A DNA stretch of 248,000 nt from Hyalangium minutum (GTDB lineage: Bacteria > Myxococcota > Myxococcia > Myxococcales > Myxococcaceae), in contig NZ_JMCB01000006.1 in the NCBI RefSeq assembly GCF_000737315.1, positions 20,001-268,000 of the forward strand, written 5' to 3'. Both the position numbers and the translations under genes were made by a program. The notes under the pieces were generated by a model. It made no database searches. It saw only the letters and a program-made list of their open reading frames with translations, and was not told the DNA's origin. The number at the start of each line of letters is the position of its first letter. Position 1 is the first letter of the stretch. Below are positions 95,626 to 105,048 of this stretch, one piece after another.

Positions 95626-98290
95626 TGGAGTAGGGCGGAAGCTTCGCCCCCACCATGCCCGAGCCCATGGAGCTGGCCTGCTGCTCGGCAAAGCCGCTGG
95701 CCTCGCCCACGTAGGTCATCACCCGTGCGGCCTTCACTGCCCCACAGCCCTTGAGCTCCACCCGGGCGTCCCGCGCGGTGTCCGGCTCCACGTTGAGCGC
95801 GATGGCCACCACCCGCCGCCCATCCGCGCTGCGCGAGGCGAACAGTGAAGTGCCCTGCTCCGCCTTCGAGGGCACGTAGACATCCTGGAACCGCCCGCCC
95901 TCGCCGTCGAAGTTCCGGTAGGCCCGGAAGGCCCACCACGCGGGACTGCGCGGCGGCGGATAGGCGAAGTAGAAGGCCGCGGTGACGCCCCCCTCGGCGA
96001 AGCGGCCGAGCGCCTCGGCCTGCGCCAGCCCACCGCTCATGTGCTGCGCGGCGCCGAAGTTGTACTCGCCAATGGCGATGCCCCGGCCCGGGTAGTTCTC
96101 CTCCACCATCTTCTTCAGGCGGGGGATGAGCCGCACCGGCTCGCCGATCCAGGACTCGTCCTTGTAGTTCGCATCCCACAGGGCCCGCGTGGAGCGGATG
96201 CGCAGCGCCGCCGTCTCCGGGTCCGTCTTCTCGCCCTTGTCGGGCGAGACGCCGTCGGCCTGCGGGTAGAAGTGCACGTCCAACACGTCAAGGACGCGGG
96301 TGCCCGTCTTCTTCTCGTGCTCGCGCAGCTTCTTCAGGTACCAGGTCAGCAGGGGCACATTGCCGTGGGCCTTGCGGTCCGCATCCTTGTCCCTCCCCTC
96401 CGCCACGTCCGCCGCCGAGCGGAAGTAGGCCGTCCAGCCCCACTCGGCGGGCCCGGCGATGACAGCCTCCGGGTCCGCCTGCCGCACGGCCGTGCCGTAG
96501 GAGACGGTGCGCTCCATCAGCTCGTCATACGTGGTGGGCTCCGGGTGCACGTCCCGGTGCGTCGAGTTCCACAGCATGGGCTCGTTGTCGAGGAAGTACA
96601 TCTGCACGCTGCGCCCGCGCTCCACGTCCTTCTTGCGCATGGCGCGCACCCACTCGCCGATGAACTCGGGCGGCGCGGGCACGCTGGTGCGCGTGGGCAT
96701 GGGCGGCGCCAGCTCGCGGCCCGAGGACGTCCGGCCATTGCCCGCCTCGGGCACGTCCGGATCCATCTTCTCCTGAGGGCCGAACTTCGACGCCGGGAAG
96801 CTCACGGAGCTCGTGTCCTTGGCCACCCAGCCGATCATCGGCACCGTGAGCGCGGACTGGAGGCCATGCTCCCGGTTCGCCTTGAGGAACTCCTCATAGG
96901 TGAAGTCTGGCCGGTCTCCCGGCGACACGTTGCGGAAGAACCAGTCGTTGGCCGTGTTCCACGCGTTGATCTTCCAGTTGTAGCGGGTGGTGGGGTTGCC
97001 GCCCCAGCGGCGCACCGTGGCCCCCAGCTCGAACTGGTGCGTGCTCCGGCCCTCCTTCAGCGCATCGAAGGCAATGCCGTAGATCTGCGGGCTGATGGAC
97101 TGCCCAGGCCCTGTGCAGTCCACGGACAGGTTCGCCGGACGCGGAGGCCCCACGGCCACGCGCGCCATGCCCGCCGCCGGCATGCCCGTCTCCGCCGCCA
97201 TCATGCTGGTGAAGCCAATGCGATCCAGCTGCACCCACTCGGTGCCCACGCGCTTGTGCGCGCGCATGATGACGCGATCGAACGGGTTTCCCTTCGGGTT
97301 GAGCTCGCCCATGGGCAGGAGCACCTGCACCCAGTCTCCATCCCGGCCCGCCAGGTGCTGGGCACTCACGCGCACGCGGGGGAACACCGCCTTGTCCCCG
97401 TTATCCACCCGCACTTCGAGGAAGTCGCCGTAGTTGGAGGGCGCCTGGTACCGGAACGCCAGCCCACCGAAGCGGCCCTCCAGCGGCTGCTGGCGGCGCA
97501 GCGTCCACCCGCCCAGGTCCGCCATCATCACCTTCGCGGGCGACATGCTCTCCACCTGTCGCTCGCTCCAGCCCTCCGCCGTCCAGCCCGTCTTGAGGCC
97601 ATGGTCGAAGGCCATCTCGAGCAGCTGCATCGAGGCCTCCTGCGGGGCCTCCTCGGACAAGCTGACGCCCGGCAGTGTGAAGCCAATGCGATCCAGCTCC
97701 ACCCACCCCGTGTCCACGCGCTTGTGCGCCCGGACGATGAAGCGGTCGAACGGCTTGCGGTCTGGGTTCAGCTCCGCCATCGGGATGAGGAGCTGCGTCC
97801 ATTCCCCGTCCATCCCCATCATGTGGCGCGAGCTCACCTTCACGCGGGGGAACGTGGCCTCTTCACTGGAGTCCAGCCGCACCTCGAGGAACTCACCGAA
97901 GTCCGAAGGCGCCTTGTACCGGAACGCCAGTCCACCATAGCCGGGCTTGAGCGGGCTCGCGTGCCGCAGCGCCCAGCCTCCGAGCTCGGCCATCTTCACC
98001 TTCGCCGGGCCCTGGCCCTTCACCTCGCGATCGCCCCAGCCGGCGTCCACCCAGCCCGGCTTGAGGCCGCCCTGGTAGACCACCTCGGCCAGCGCCACCG
98101 AGACCCCCGTCTTCGCGGGCGCCATGGAGCCGCCGCTGGGACTCGGGGGCATCACGGCCTGTGTGCCGCCGTTCTCACACGCCGCCAGCAGCAGCACGCA
98201 CGCCGTCAGCAGGGCTTTCAGGTGAGGGCAGCTCTCGCCTCGGCTCCCCGTCAGGGCCGTTGCGCGGCGCCCTCCGGCCGCGTGTCTCAT
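95540..98290 (-). CDS. epsB: Glycoside hydrolase family 44 lipoprotein (EpsB-like) with duplicated N-terminal modules
   Basis: RWGGNPTTRYNW, LDNEPMLW, GEYNFG. Confidence 0.88.
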   Translation of the reverse strand: MRHAAGGRRATALTGSRGESCPHLKALLTACVLLLAACENGGTQAVMPPSPSGGSMAPAKTGVSVALAEVVYQGGLKPGWVDAGWGDREVKGQGPAKVKMAELGGWALRHASPLKPGYGGLAFRYKAPSDFGEFLEVRLDSSEEATFPRVKVSSRHMMGMDGEWTQLLIPMAELNPDRKPFDRFIVRAHKRVDTGWVELDRIGFTLPGVSLSEEAPQEASMQLLEMAFDHGLKTGWTAEGWSERQVESMSPAKVMMADLGGWTLRRQQPLEGRFGGLAFRYQAPSNYGDFLEVRVDNGDKAVFPRVRVSAQHLAGRDGDWVQVLLPMGELNPKGNPFDRVIMRAHKRVGTEWVQLDRIGFTSMMAAETGMPAAGMARVAVGPPRPANLSVDCTGPGQSISPQIYGIAFDALKEGRSTHQFELGATVRRWGGNPTTRYNWKINAWNTANDWFFRNVSPGDRPDFTYEEFLKANREHGLQSALTVPMIGWVAKDTSSVSFPASKFGPQEKMDPDVPEAGNGRTSSGRELAPPMPTRTSVPAPPEFIGEWVRAMRKKDVERGRSVQMYFLDNEPMLWNSTHRDVHPEPTTYDELMERTVSYGTAVRQADPEAVIAGPAEWGWTAYFRSAADVAEGRDKDADRKAHGNVPLLTWYLKKLREHEKKTGTRVLDVLDVHFYPQADGVSPDKGEKTDPETAALRIRSTRALWDANYKDESWIGEPVRLIPRLKKMVEENYPGRGIAIGEYNFGAAQHMSGGLAQAEALGRFAEGGVTAAFYFAYPPPRSPAWWAFRAYRNFDGEGGRFQDVYVPSKAEQGTSLFASRSADGRRVVAIALNVEPDTARDARVELKGCGAVKAARVMTYVGEASGFAEQQASSMGSGMVGAKLPPYSITVLDLMLEPSKAPGKPSPGQGRRPGAP

Positions 98291-99390
98291 GACGCTCCGC
98301 TCGAGTCCTTTCCCGCGCCCTGCTGGGCCAAGAAGCCGCCACTCGCGGCCACCTCCCGATAACGCGAGATGCGCCGGGCCACTTCCCGCCACGAGCCCGC
98401 CTCCGCCCTCGCCCCGCGCAGGTACTCCATCGTGTAGGCCACCGACGTGCTCTTGAAGGCCACTTGGTTGAGCCCCAGCCGGTCTGCCAGCCGCGCCACG
98501 CCCATGAGCGCGTCCGTCACTGGCTTGGTCGGCCCCGGCAGCGCCACCGCCGTGGCCAGCAGCGGCCGAGCCAGCGCGTTCATCTCGAAGAGCATCCGCC
98601 ACGGGTCCACCTGCGGCACGTCCGAGTGCCGCTCGGACAGCCGCGAGTCCATGATGCCGTAGCGGTGCGCCCGCGCGAGCCACTTCTCGAAGCTGGTGTG
98701 GTCGGAGCCGTGCAGCACATACGAGTCGTTGCAGAAGCGCACTTGGCAGCCGGACTTCTCGAGGCGGATGCCCAGCTCGATGTCCTCGGACTGCTTCAGG
98801 TTCGGATCAAACCCGCCCACCGCCACGTAGTCCTCGCGGCGGAACGACACGTTGCCCGTGTAGAGGTTCCACCCGTGGGCGCCCTCCTCGTGCAGCCGCT
98901 TGGCCAGCCGGTCGTGCAGGTACGCGTACCAGCGCTCGAAGAGCGGCATGTCCAAGATGGCCGGATCCGGATCAATGCGGCCCAGCACCACGTTGCGCGA
99001 GCCGGGCGGGTGCTGCTCCAGATGCCGCTGGACGAAGTTCTCGGGCACCTGCATGTCGTCATCCGTGATGATGACCACCTCACCCTGGGCCGCGAGCACG
99101 CCCCGGTGCCGCGCCGCCGCGGCGCCGGCGTTCTTCTGCGTCTCCACGCGCAGCGAGTACGGCAGCTCCTGGGCGAGCTCCGCCAGGGGCCCTGCCGCAG
99201 GCTCCTTGGAGCCGTCATCCACGATGACGACTTCGTAGTCCGTGGGAGGAAGCGTCTGGGTCGCGAGCTGCTTGAGGAGCCGCGGCAGCAGGGTCAGCCG
99301 GTTGTACGTGGCCATGACCACGCTCACCCGAGGCTTTGGCCCTTCAGTCCGCGGCGGAGTCTCCGAGCCCGCCGAGGGCGAATCGCTCAC
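98287..99390 (-). CDS. epsD: GT2 glycosyltransferase (EpsD-like)
   Basis: VDDGS, ITDDD, GGFDP..EDIE. Confidence 0.85.
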   Translation of the reverse strand: MSDSPSAGSETPPRTEGPKPRVSVVMATYNRLTLLPRLLKQLATQTLPPTDYEVVIVDDGSKEPAAGPLAELAQELPYSLRVETQKNAGAAAARHRGVLAAQGEVVIITDDDMQVPENFVQRHLEQHPPGSRNVVLGRIDPDPAILDMPLFERWYAYLHDRLAKRLHEEGAHGWNLYTGNVSFRREDYVAVGGFDPNLKQSEDIELGIRLEKSGCQVRFCNDSYVLHGSDHTSFEKWLARAHRYGIMDSRLSERHSDVPQVDPWRMLFEMNALARPLLATAVALPGPTKPVTDALMGVARLADRLGLNQVAFKSTSVAYTMEYLRGARAEAGSWREVARRISRYREVAASGGFLAQQGAGKDSSGAS

Positions 99391-100127
99391 CTCTTGCTCC
99401 CCGCCTTCTGACCCAGCGTGACGCTGCCCAGGAAGCGCGCCTTGCCGATCAGCTCCAGCGTCTGGCGCGCCGCGGAGAACTGCGTCGAGCCCAGCGGCAC
99501 GCACAGCAGGGCGCGCTCAGCGGCCAGCGCCACCTCGAGCCCCACCGGGTTGGTGAGAATCGAGTCGATGGAGACGACGACCATGCCGCCCTGCTCCACG
99601 AACGCCCGCATGTCACGCACCAGACGGCTGCCAGCACCCGGGGGCAGCCCCTCGGCGTCGATCAGCCGGAGGGGCCGCTCGCGGTACTGGTTGCCCACCT
99701 CGACGATGGCCCGGCCCGCCATGAGCGCGGAGGCGCCCGGCTGCGCGGGCACCACCACCAGCGAGTTCCACTTCTCGCGCTGGGTCAGCAACGTCCACAG
99801 GTGCAGCAGCTCCGCCGGAATGGGCTCGGCGGGTGCGGGGATGACCTCATTGTGAACCGGCTCCTCGGGCGGGAGCGGCACAGGGGTCGGTGTGCCCCGG
99901 ACGACAGACCAGGGACGAGGACGGCCCGCTCCCGCCTTGGGGCTGGTGCTCTCGCCCCCGCGAGACGGGTTGTTTCCCCCCGGATTGTCGTTGGACTCGT
100001 ACATAGGCGGATCCAGTCTACTCATTTTCTGACCAGTGCCCAGGGGTGCATCGAACCCAGGATCAGGCGACTCAACAGATATTCTGCTGCGATCCGCTCG
100101 TACTGAACGCGCCCCTTTGCGGCTCAT
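99387..100127 (-). CDS. wzeX: Stand-alone BY-pseudokinase-like protein (WzeX-like)
   Basis: Degenerate P-loop fold, position directly after wzy in eps locus. Confidence 0.6.
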   Translation of the reverse strand: MSRKGARSVRADRSRISVESPDPGFDAPLGTGQKMSRLDPPMYESNDNPGGNNPSRGGESTSPKAGAGRPRPWSVVRGTPTPVPLPPEEPVHNEVIPAPAEPIPAELLHLWTLLTQREKWNSLVVVPAQPGASALMAGRAIVEVGNQYRERPLRLIDAEGLPPGAGSRLVRDMRAFVEQGGMVVVSIDSILTNPVGLEVALAAERALLCVPLGSTQFSAARQTLELIGKARFLGSVTLGQKAGSKR

Positions 100128-101674
100128 GTGCGCCCACCTCCGTCCTGCACCGACGCAAACGCTTCAGCTGCGTTACCTGCAGGAACAGGCGCCCCAGCGT
100201 TCTTCCAGGCGCCCGTGAGTGTGGCCAACTTCCCGGAAACAGTGACGGCCAGCGCGATCAGGATGGTGCAGTACCAGCTGGTGATGCCCATGTCTCCGAA
100301 GCACTGGTTGATGTAGGCAAAGACGATGGAGACGACCACGAGGCCCCCTGCTCGCCAGTGAGGCGGGTGAGCACGGTGGTAGGCGCGCACGGCGAAGTAC
100401 ACGGTGAGTGCAACGAACAACCACACGCCCGTGAAGCCCACCATCCCGCCAAAGGCCAACAGGCCCAGCACCGAGTTGTGCGGGTGGTACAGGTAGTCCT
100501 CGAACAGATGGGAGATGTCCGCGAGCTTGATCACCTCTTGGAACCCGTGCCCGTAGCCCGTGCCGAGCATGGGGTTATTCTGCCAGGTGGAAATGAGGTT
100601 GAAGTTCTCCACGTCGCGGTAGTCCATCTCGCCTGTGGCGTTGTGCTCGCCGACGATCATCGACTTGAACGTGTTCACTGGCGAGAAAATGCCTACCGGA
100701 TTGGCCCAGCCGATGGCGACGTAGATGATGAACACCGGCGCCAGGAGGAGGCCGGCGCGCGTCGCGTAGCGCTTCACGCGGGACCACGGGCTGATCAGGA
100801 ACATGGCGATCAGGCACTGGTTGAAGCTCGCGTAGGCGATGCGGCGATCGTTGTAGTCCATGCCCATCAGGATGACGGCGGACACCAGCACCATCCTCCG
100901 GAACGTCTTCCAGTTGGGCTCCTCCGTCCAGGAGCTCATCGCGATGGCCAGCCCCGTCACGTAGATCATCGTGTCCGAGTGCGTGGTGGCGTACTCGGTG
101001 TAGAGCCCCTGGGGCCGGGCGATGAAGACGATGAAGAAGGCGCCCAGGAAGGCCTTGGTGAAGGCGGCCCCCACGATGATGCGGCCGAGAATCCGGAAGT
101101 CCTCCGGCCCCTTGATGGAGGCGTTGAACAGCAGCACGAACATGGGCAGCAGCAGCAGCTTCTGGAGCTGCCACTTCGCCGGACGCCCGTCTCCGCCTCG
101201 CGCCACACCCCAGATGTACATCCAGGTGATGGTCGCCAGGATGAGCAGCAGCGCCATCACCAGCGGCCGGGGCAGCGGCGTCATCTTCTCGTCGATCTTC
101301 AGGCCCATGGCCTGCCGGTAGACGTAGAGGGCGATGAGCCCGAACACGGACAAGTCGATCAGCGTGAAGCCCAGGCCGGGCACGCCGGTGACGACGTTGA
101401 GGTTGAGGAACAGCAGGCGGCCCGGGAACGAGAGCGGGGACTGCCACTTGCCCGAGTAGGGCACCTCCACCGCGCAGTCCAAGATGAGCATCAACGCCAG
101501 CAGCGTGAGGACGGGGTAGCGGATGGGGACCTTGGCCAGCACCCACAGCAGGATGGCCGCCGCCACCGGTAGCATGGCCACCGCGGGGAAGAGGACGAGC
101601 AGCCCCAGCGTGGCCAGCACCACGCCGGCCAGCAGCGTCAGGAAGACAGGGGTGCGGGAGAGGAAGGCTTCCAT
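100124..101674 (-). CDS. wzy: Wzy-like polysaccharide polymerase
   Basis: About 12 TM, LGTGYGHGF, HPHNSVL. Confidence 0.85.
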   Translation of the reverse strand: MEAFLSRTPVFLTLLAGVVLATLGLLVLFPAVAMLPVAAAILLWVLAKVPIRYPVLTLLALMLILDCAVEVPYSGKWQSPLSFPGRLLFLNLNVVTGVPGLGFTLIDLSVFGLIALYVYRQAMGLKIDEKMTPLPRPLVMALLLILATITWMYIWGVARGGDGRPAKWQLQKLLLLPMFVLLFNASIKGPEDFRILGRIIVGAAFTKAFLGAFFIVFIARPQGLYTEYATTHSDTMIYVTGLAIAMSSWTEEPNWKTFRRMVLVSAVILMGMDYNDRRIAYASFNQCLIAMFLISPWSRVKRYATRAGLLLAPVFIIYVAIGWANPVGIFSPVNTFKSMIVGEHNATGEMDYRDVENFNLISTWQNNPMLGTGYGHGFQEVIKLADISHLFEDYLYHPHNSVLGLLAFGGMVGFTGVWLFVALTVYFAVRAYHRAHPPHWRAGGLVVVSIVFAYINQCFGDMGITSWYCTILIALAVTVSGKLATLTGAWKNAGAPVPAGNAAEAFASVQDGGGRT

Positions 101675-101708
101675 CGTGGTCCTCGGGCGGCAGACACCGG
101701 GCGCACGC

Positions 101709-102902
101709 TCAGGGCTTGCGCGCCTCGCGGGTGGTGCGCACCCACTCCCCCTTCTTGTCTCGAGGGCCCGCCACCATCAGCCACACCTTCCACACCACGT
101801 AGAACGGCGCCGCCATCAGGTCCAACAGCCCCCGGGCGCCCATGCCCGACACCCACCAGCCGCGCAGCACGTAGAGGCCCAGGCTGGCCACGCAGAACGC
101901 CCCCGCGGCCAGGCTGAGCGGCGCGAACCCGGACACCCCGGAGAGCACGCCCGCGGCCACCGACAGCCCCACGGCGCCCAGCACCACGTAGCTCAGCGGC
102001 GGAACCAACAGGTCCATGGCCAGGTCCAGCAGCACGCCGTCGCGCTTGCGCAGGGCCTCGCCCAGCAGCGGCACGCCGAACTGCTTCGTCATCGCCCAGC
102101 GGCCCCCCTCCCAGCGGCGGCGCTGCGAGCGCGCGGCCTTCTCGGAGGACACCATCTCCCCGAGCACCTCGGCCTCCCACGCGTAGTGCACGCGGTGGCC
102201 CGCGCGGCCCAGGCGGATGCCGTACTCCAGGTCCTCGACGATGGAGAATGCGTCGTGCGGCACCTGGCGAATCACGCTGTGGGTGAAGCACATGCCGTTG
102301 CCGCGCAGACCGCACGAGACGCCCAGCCGCTCGCGGCCCAGCGAGCGCACCTTGTGGAACAGCGCCAGGGCAATGGTCATCAGCCGCGTGCGCCACGAGG
102401 CGCTTGGGTTCATCACGCCGTAGTGCGCCTGCACCGCGTGCGCGCCCGCCTCCAGCCGCAGCCCGAACGAGTGCAACAGGTGCGGAGACACCTCGGTGTC
102501 CGCGTCCACCACCACCACCGCGTCGGCAAAGCCGTCACTCAGGCTGCGCTCGAAGGCATGCGCCAGCGCGAAGCCCTTGCCGCGCTTCTCCGTGTCATGG
102601 CGCACCAGCACCGTGGCGCCAGCTTCGCGGGCCCGGTCCGCCGTGGCGTCCGAGCAGTTGTCCGCCACCACCAGGATGCGCCGCAGCGCCGCCGGGTAGT
102701 CCATGGCGGACAGGTTCGTCACCGTGCGGGCAATGCCCGCCTCCTCATTGTGCGCGGGGACGATGATGTCGAACTTCAGCCGCGGGGCCACCCGAGGCGG
102801 CGCCGCCTTGCCCGCCGACAACAGCGTCAGCAGCAGCAGATAGCCGCACGCCACCACCACCGGCAGCCCCAGCACGAACAACAGAACGTCCGCCCACATC
102901 AC
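101709..102902 (-). CDS. epsU: GT2 glycosyltransferase (EpsU-like)
   Basis: PAHNEE, VDAD, EDLEY, QRRRWEGG. Confidence 0.88.
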   Translation of the reverse strand: MMWADVLLFVLGLPVVVACGYLLLLTLLSAGKAAPPRVAPRLKFDIIVPAHNEEAGIARTVTNLSAMDYPAALRRILVVADNCSDATADRAREAGATVLVRHDTEKRGKGFALAHAFERSLSDGFADAVVVVDADTEVSPHLLHSFGLRLEAGAHAVQAHYGVMNPSASWRTRLMTIALALFHKVRSLGRERLGVSCGLRGNGMCFTHSVIRQVPHDAFSIVEDLEYGIRLGRAGHRVHYAWEAEVLGEMVSSEKAARSQRRRWEGGRWAMTKQFGVPLLGEALRKRDGVLLDLAMDLLVPPLSYVVLGAVGLSVAAGVLSGVSGFAPLSLAAGAFCVASLGLYVLRGWWVSGMGARGLLDLMAAPFYVVWKVWLMVAGPRDKKGEWVRTTREARKP

Positions 102903-102933
102903 GGCATCACCCCGGCCCTGAACTCCATGTCAC

Positions 102934-104433
102934 TCACCCGGAATTCCGGTCCAGCTCGGCCAGCACGGGCACACCCAGCCCCCGCTCCACCTGCCAACTC
103001 TCCAGCACGCGTCCGCTCAGCACGTCACGCGCCAGCGCCGCGAACACCGCCAGCACCAGCCCGGCGACGATTCCGCCGATGGCGATGATCAGCGCGTTGG
103101 GCTTCACCGGCTTGCGAGGAAACTCCGCCGGCGTCAGCACCGTGAAGCGGTACTTGAAGGACTTGGCGGCGATGTCCAGCTCCAGCTTCGCCGCGTCGAT
103201 GCGCTTGAGGATCTGCTGCTGCGCGCTCAGCCGGCTCCGGAGCCGGTCCAGCGTCACCGCCGCGCTCGGGTTCTCCGACACCGCGGGCAGCAGGCCCATC
103301 AGCACGCGCTCCAGGCCGTACGGGTCCGGCACGGGCTCGTCCGGGAACGGCAGGGACTTGCCGCCCAGGTCACCGTACTCGGCCAGCAGCTGGCGCTCCT
103401 CTTCCTGCAGCGCCCTCACCTGGGGCGAGCCCTGGCGCAGCGCCGCCACGCGCGTCTCCTGCTCCACCACCTGCGGGTGGTCCGGCGCGTACATCTCGCG
103501 CAGCTGCACCAGCTCGTCCTGCATCTGCGTCAGCCGCTGGTTGTGCTGCACCGTCGCATCCGCGATGGCCCGGCGCTTGGAGCGGATGACGAAGCGCAGC
103601 TGCGCCAGCTCCTGGTCCGTGGAGCCGAAGCGCGGCAGCAAGCGGGGGTCACCCACCGCGCGGCGGCGCTCGATCATGATCGCGGTGAAGGTCTTCTCGA
103701 AGTCGGTGTAGGCCTCCTTCACGGCGTCCTGGGCCTGCTGCTCGTGCTCCTGGAGGATGGTGATGGCGTCCTTGATGCTGTTGAGCTCCTCCTCCTTGCT
103801 CTTCTCGAGGAAGCTCTCCTGCGCCTTCTCCACCAGCTCATAGGCCAGCTGCGGGTCGCCCCAGTCCACGCCGATGGTCACCTTGCCGTCATCGGTGCCC
103901 ACCCAGAGCTTCTTCTCCAGGGTGCCCACCATGGCGTCCATCTTGGCGTCCTCGTCCGGAGGCGCCGAGATGAGCCGCATCACCGAGTCCTTGAACCGCA
104001 GGAGCGGCGGACGCGTGGACTCCCACCGGTCCACCAGGTAGGTGTTCTTGATGATCTTGATCAGGTTCTCCTGGCGAAGCACCGCCTCCGCGGCGGCCTT
104101 CGTCGGCCCATCCACCTCGTTGGCCGGCCGCATGGGGTTGGGCGGATCCGGGTTCAGGAGGTTGGGCCGCTCCGGGTTCACCAAGCCGGGGATGATGGTG
104201 CTGGCGGTGCGGCGCGGCAGCAGCTTGGACTCGGAGTGCCAGGTGCGCGGCAGCAGCTTGGCCGCCAGCAGCCCCAGCACCGCTGTCATCAGGAAGGTGG
104301 CCAGCGCCAGCTTCCAGTGCCGGACCACGGCATTCTTCACGTAGCTGAGGTAGTCGCGGATCTGCTCCCAGTCGAAGATCTGGGCCTGCTCGCGCTCCAC
104401 ATCGGGGAGCCGATCCTCATGAGGTGCGGGCAT
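102934..104433 (-). CDS. epsV: Polysaccharide co-polymerase (EpsV-like)
   Basis: Two TM flanking coiled coil, no kinase domain. Confidence 0.8.
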   Translation of the reverse strand: MPAPHEDRLPDVEREQAQIFDWEQIRDYLSYVKNAVVRHWKLALATFLMTAVLGLLAAKLLPRTWHSESKLLPRRTASTIIPGLVNPERPNLLNPDPPNPMRPANEVDGPTKAAAEAVLRQENLIKIIKNTYLVDRWESTRPPLLRFKDSVMRLISAPPDEDAKMDAMVGTLEKKLWVGTDDGKVTIGVDWGDPQLAYELVEKAQESFLEKSKEEELNSIKDAITILQEHEQQAQDAVKEAYTDFEKTFTAIMIERRRAVGDPRLLPRFGSTDQELAQLRFVIRSKRRAIADATVQHNQRLTQMQDELVQLREMYAPDHPQVVEQETRVAALRQGSPQVRALQEEERQLLAEYGDLGGKSLPFPDEPVPDPYGLERVLMGLLPAVSENPSAAVTLDRLRSRLSAQQQILKRIDAAKLELDIAAKSFKYRFTVLTPAEFPRKPVKPNALIIAIGGIVAGLVLAVFAALARDVLSGRVLESWQVERGLGVPVLAELDRNSG

Positions 104434-104842
104434 CGCTCTTACCTCCCGGGGTCGCCTCAGCCGCCTTCGCCAACAACCTCACCACTTGCTGAATGAACTC
104501 GTCCTGGGTGAACGGCTTCGTCAGATAGCCGTCCGCCCCCACTTCCTCCGCCTGAGCGCGGTCCAGCAGGGTGCCGCGCGCGCTGATCATCAACACCGGC
104601 AGGCCCGCCAGCTCCGGCTGGCCACGGATGTACTCGCACACGTCGTACCCGGACACGTCCGGCAGCGTCAGGTCCAGGCACACCAGGTCCGGCCGGCTGT
104701 GCGCCAGCTGCTCCAGGGCCGAGCGCCCGTTGGACGCTTCCTGGATGCGCGTGATGCGCAGGGCGTGCAGGAACTCGCCCACCATCTTCCGGAAGAGGGG
104801 CGAGTCCTCTACGACCAGGACCGTGCATTGCGAGACGTCCAT
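104417..104842 (-). CDS. epsW: Single-domain response regulator (EpsW-like)
   Basis: VVEDS, LDLTLP, TKPF; eps synteny. Confidence 0.85.
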   Translation of the reverse strand: MDVSQCTVLVVEDSPLFRKMVGEFLHALRITRIQEASNGRSALEQLAHSRPDLVCLDLTLPDVSGYDVCEYIRGQPELAGLPVLMISARGTLLDRAQAEEVGADGYLTKPFTQDEFIQQVVRLLAKAAEATPGGKSDARTS

Positions 104843-104862
104843 GAACCTTTCCGGGTCCTCTC

Positions 104863-105036
104863 CTAATCGTCGAGCCGCGGCCAGATGACCAACACCATGA
104901 AGGTGTAAACCAGGTTGAAGACGACCATCATCAAGACGGCCTTTTTGACACCCCGGACTTGGTGACGCTCTCGCGCCGCCAGGCTCGGCAACAGAATCAG
105001 CGAGTACAGCACGGACAGCAGGATGAACTTCTTCAT
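104863..105036 (-). CDS. 57-aa two-TM membrane protein (below ORF-track cutoff)
   Basis: MKKFILLSVLYSLILLPSLAARERHQVRGVKKAVLMMVVFNLVYTFMVLVIWPRLDD fills the epsX-epsW gap. Confidence 0.75.
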   Translation of the reverse strand: MKKFILLSVLYSLILLPSLAARERHQVRGVKKAVLMMVVFNLVYTFMVLVIWPRLDD

Positions 105037-105048
105037 GACCGGGTGGGA

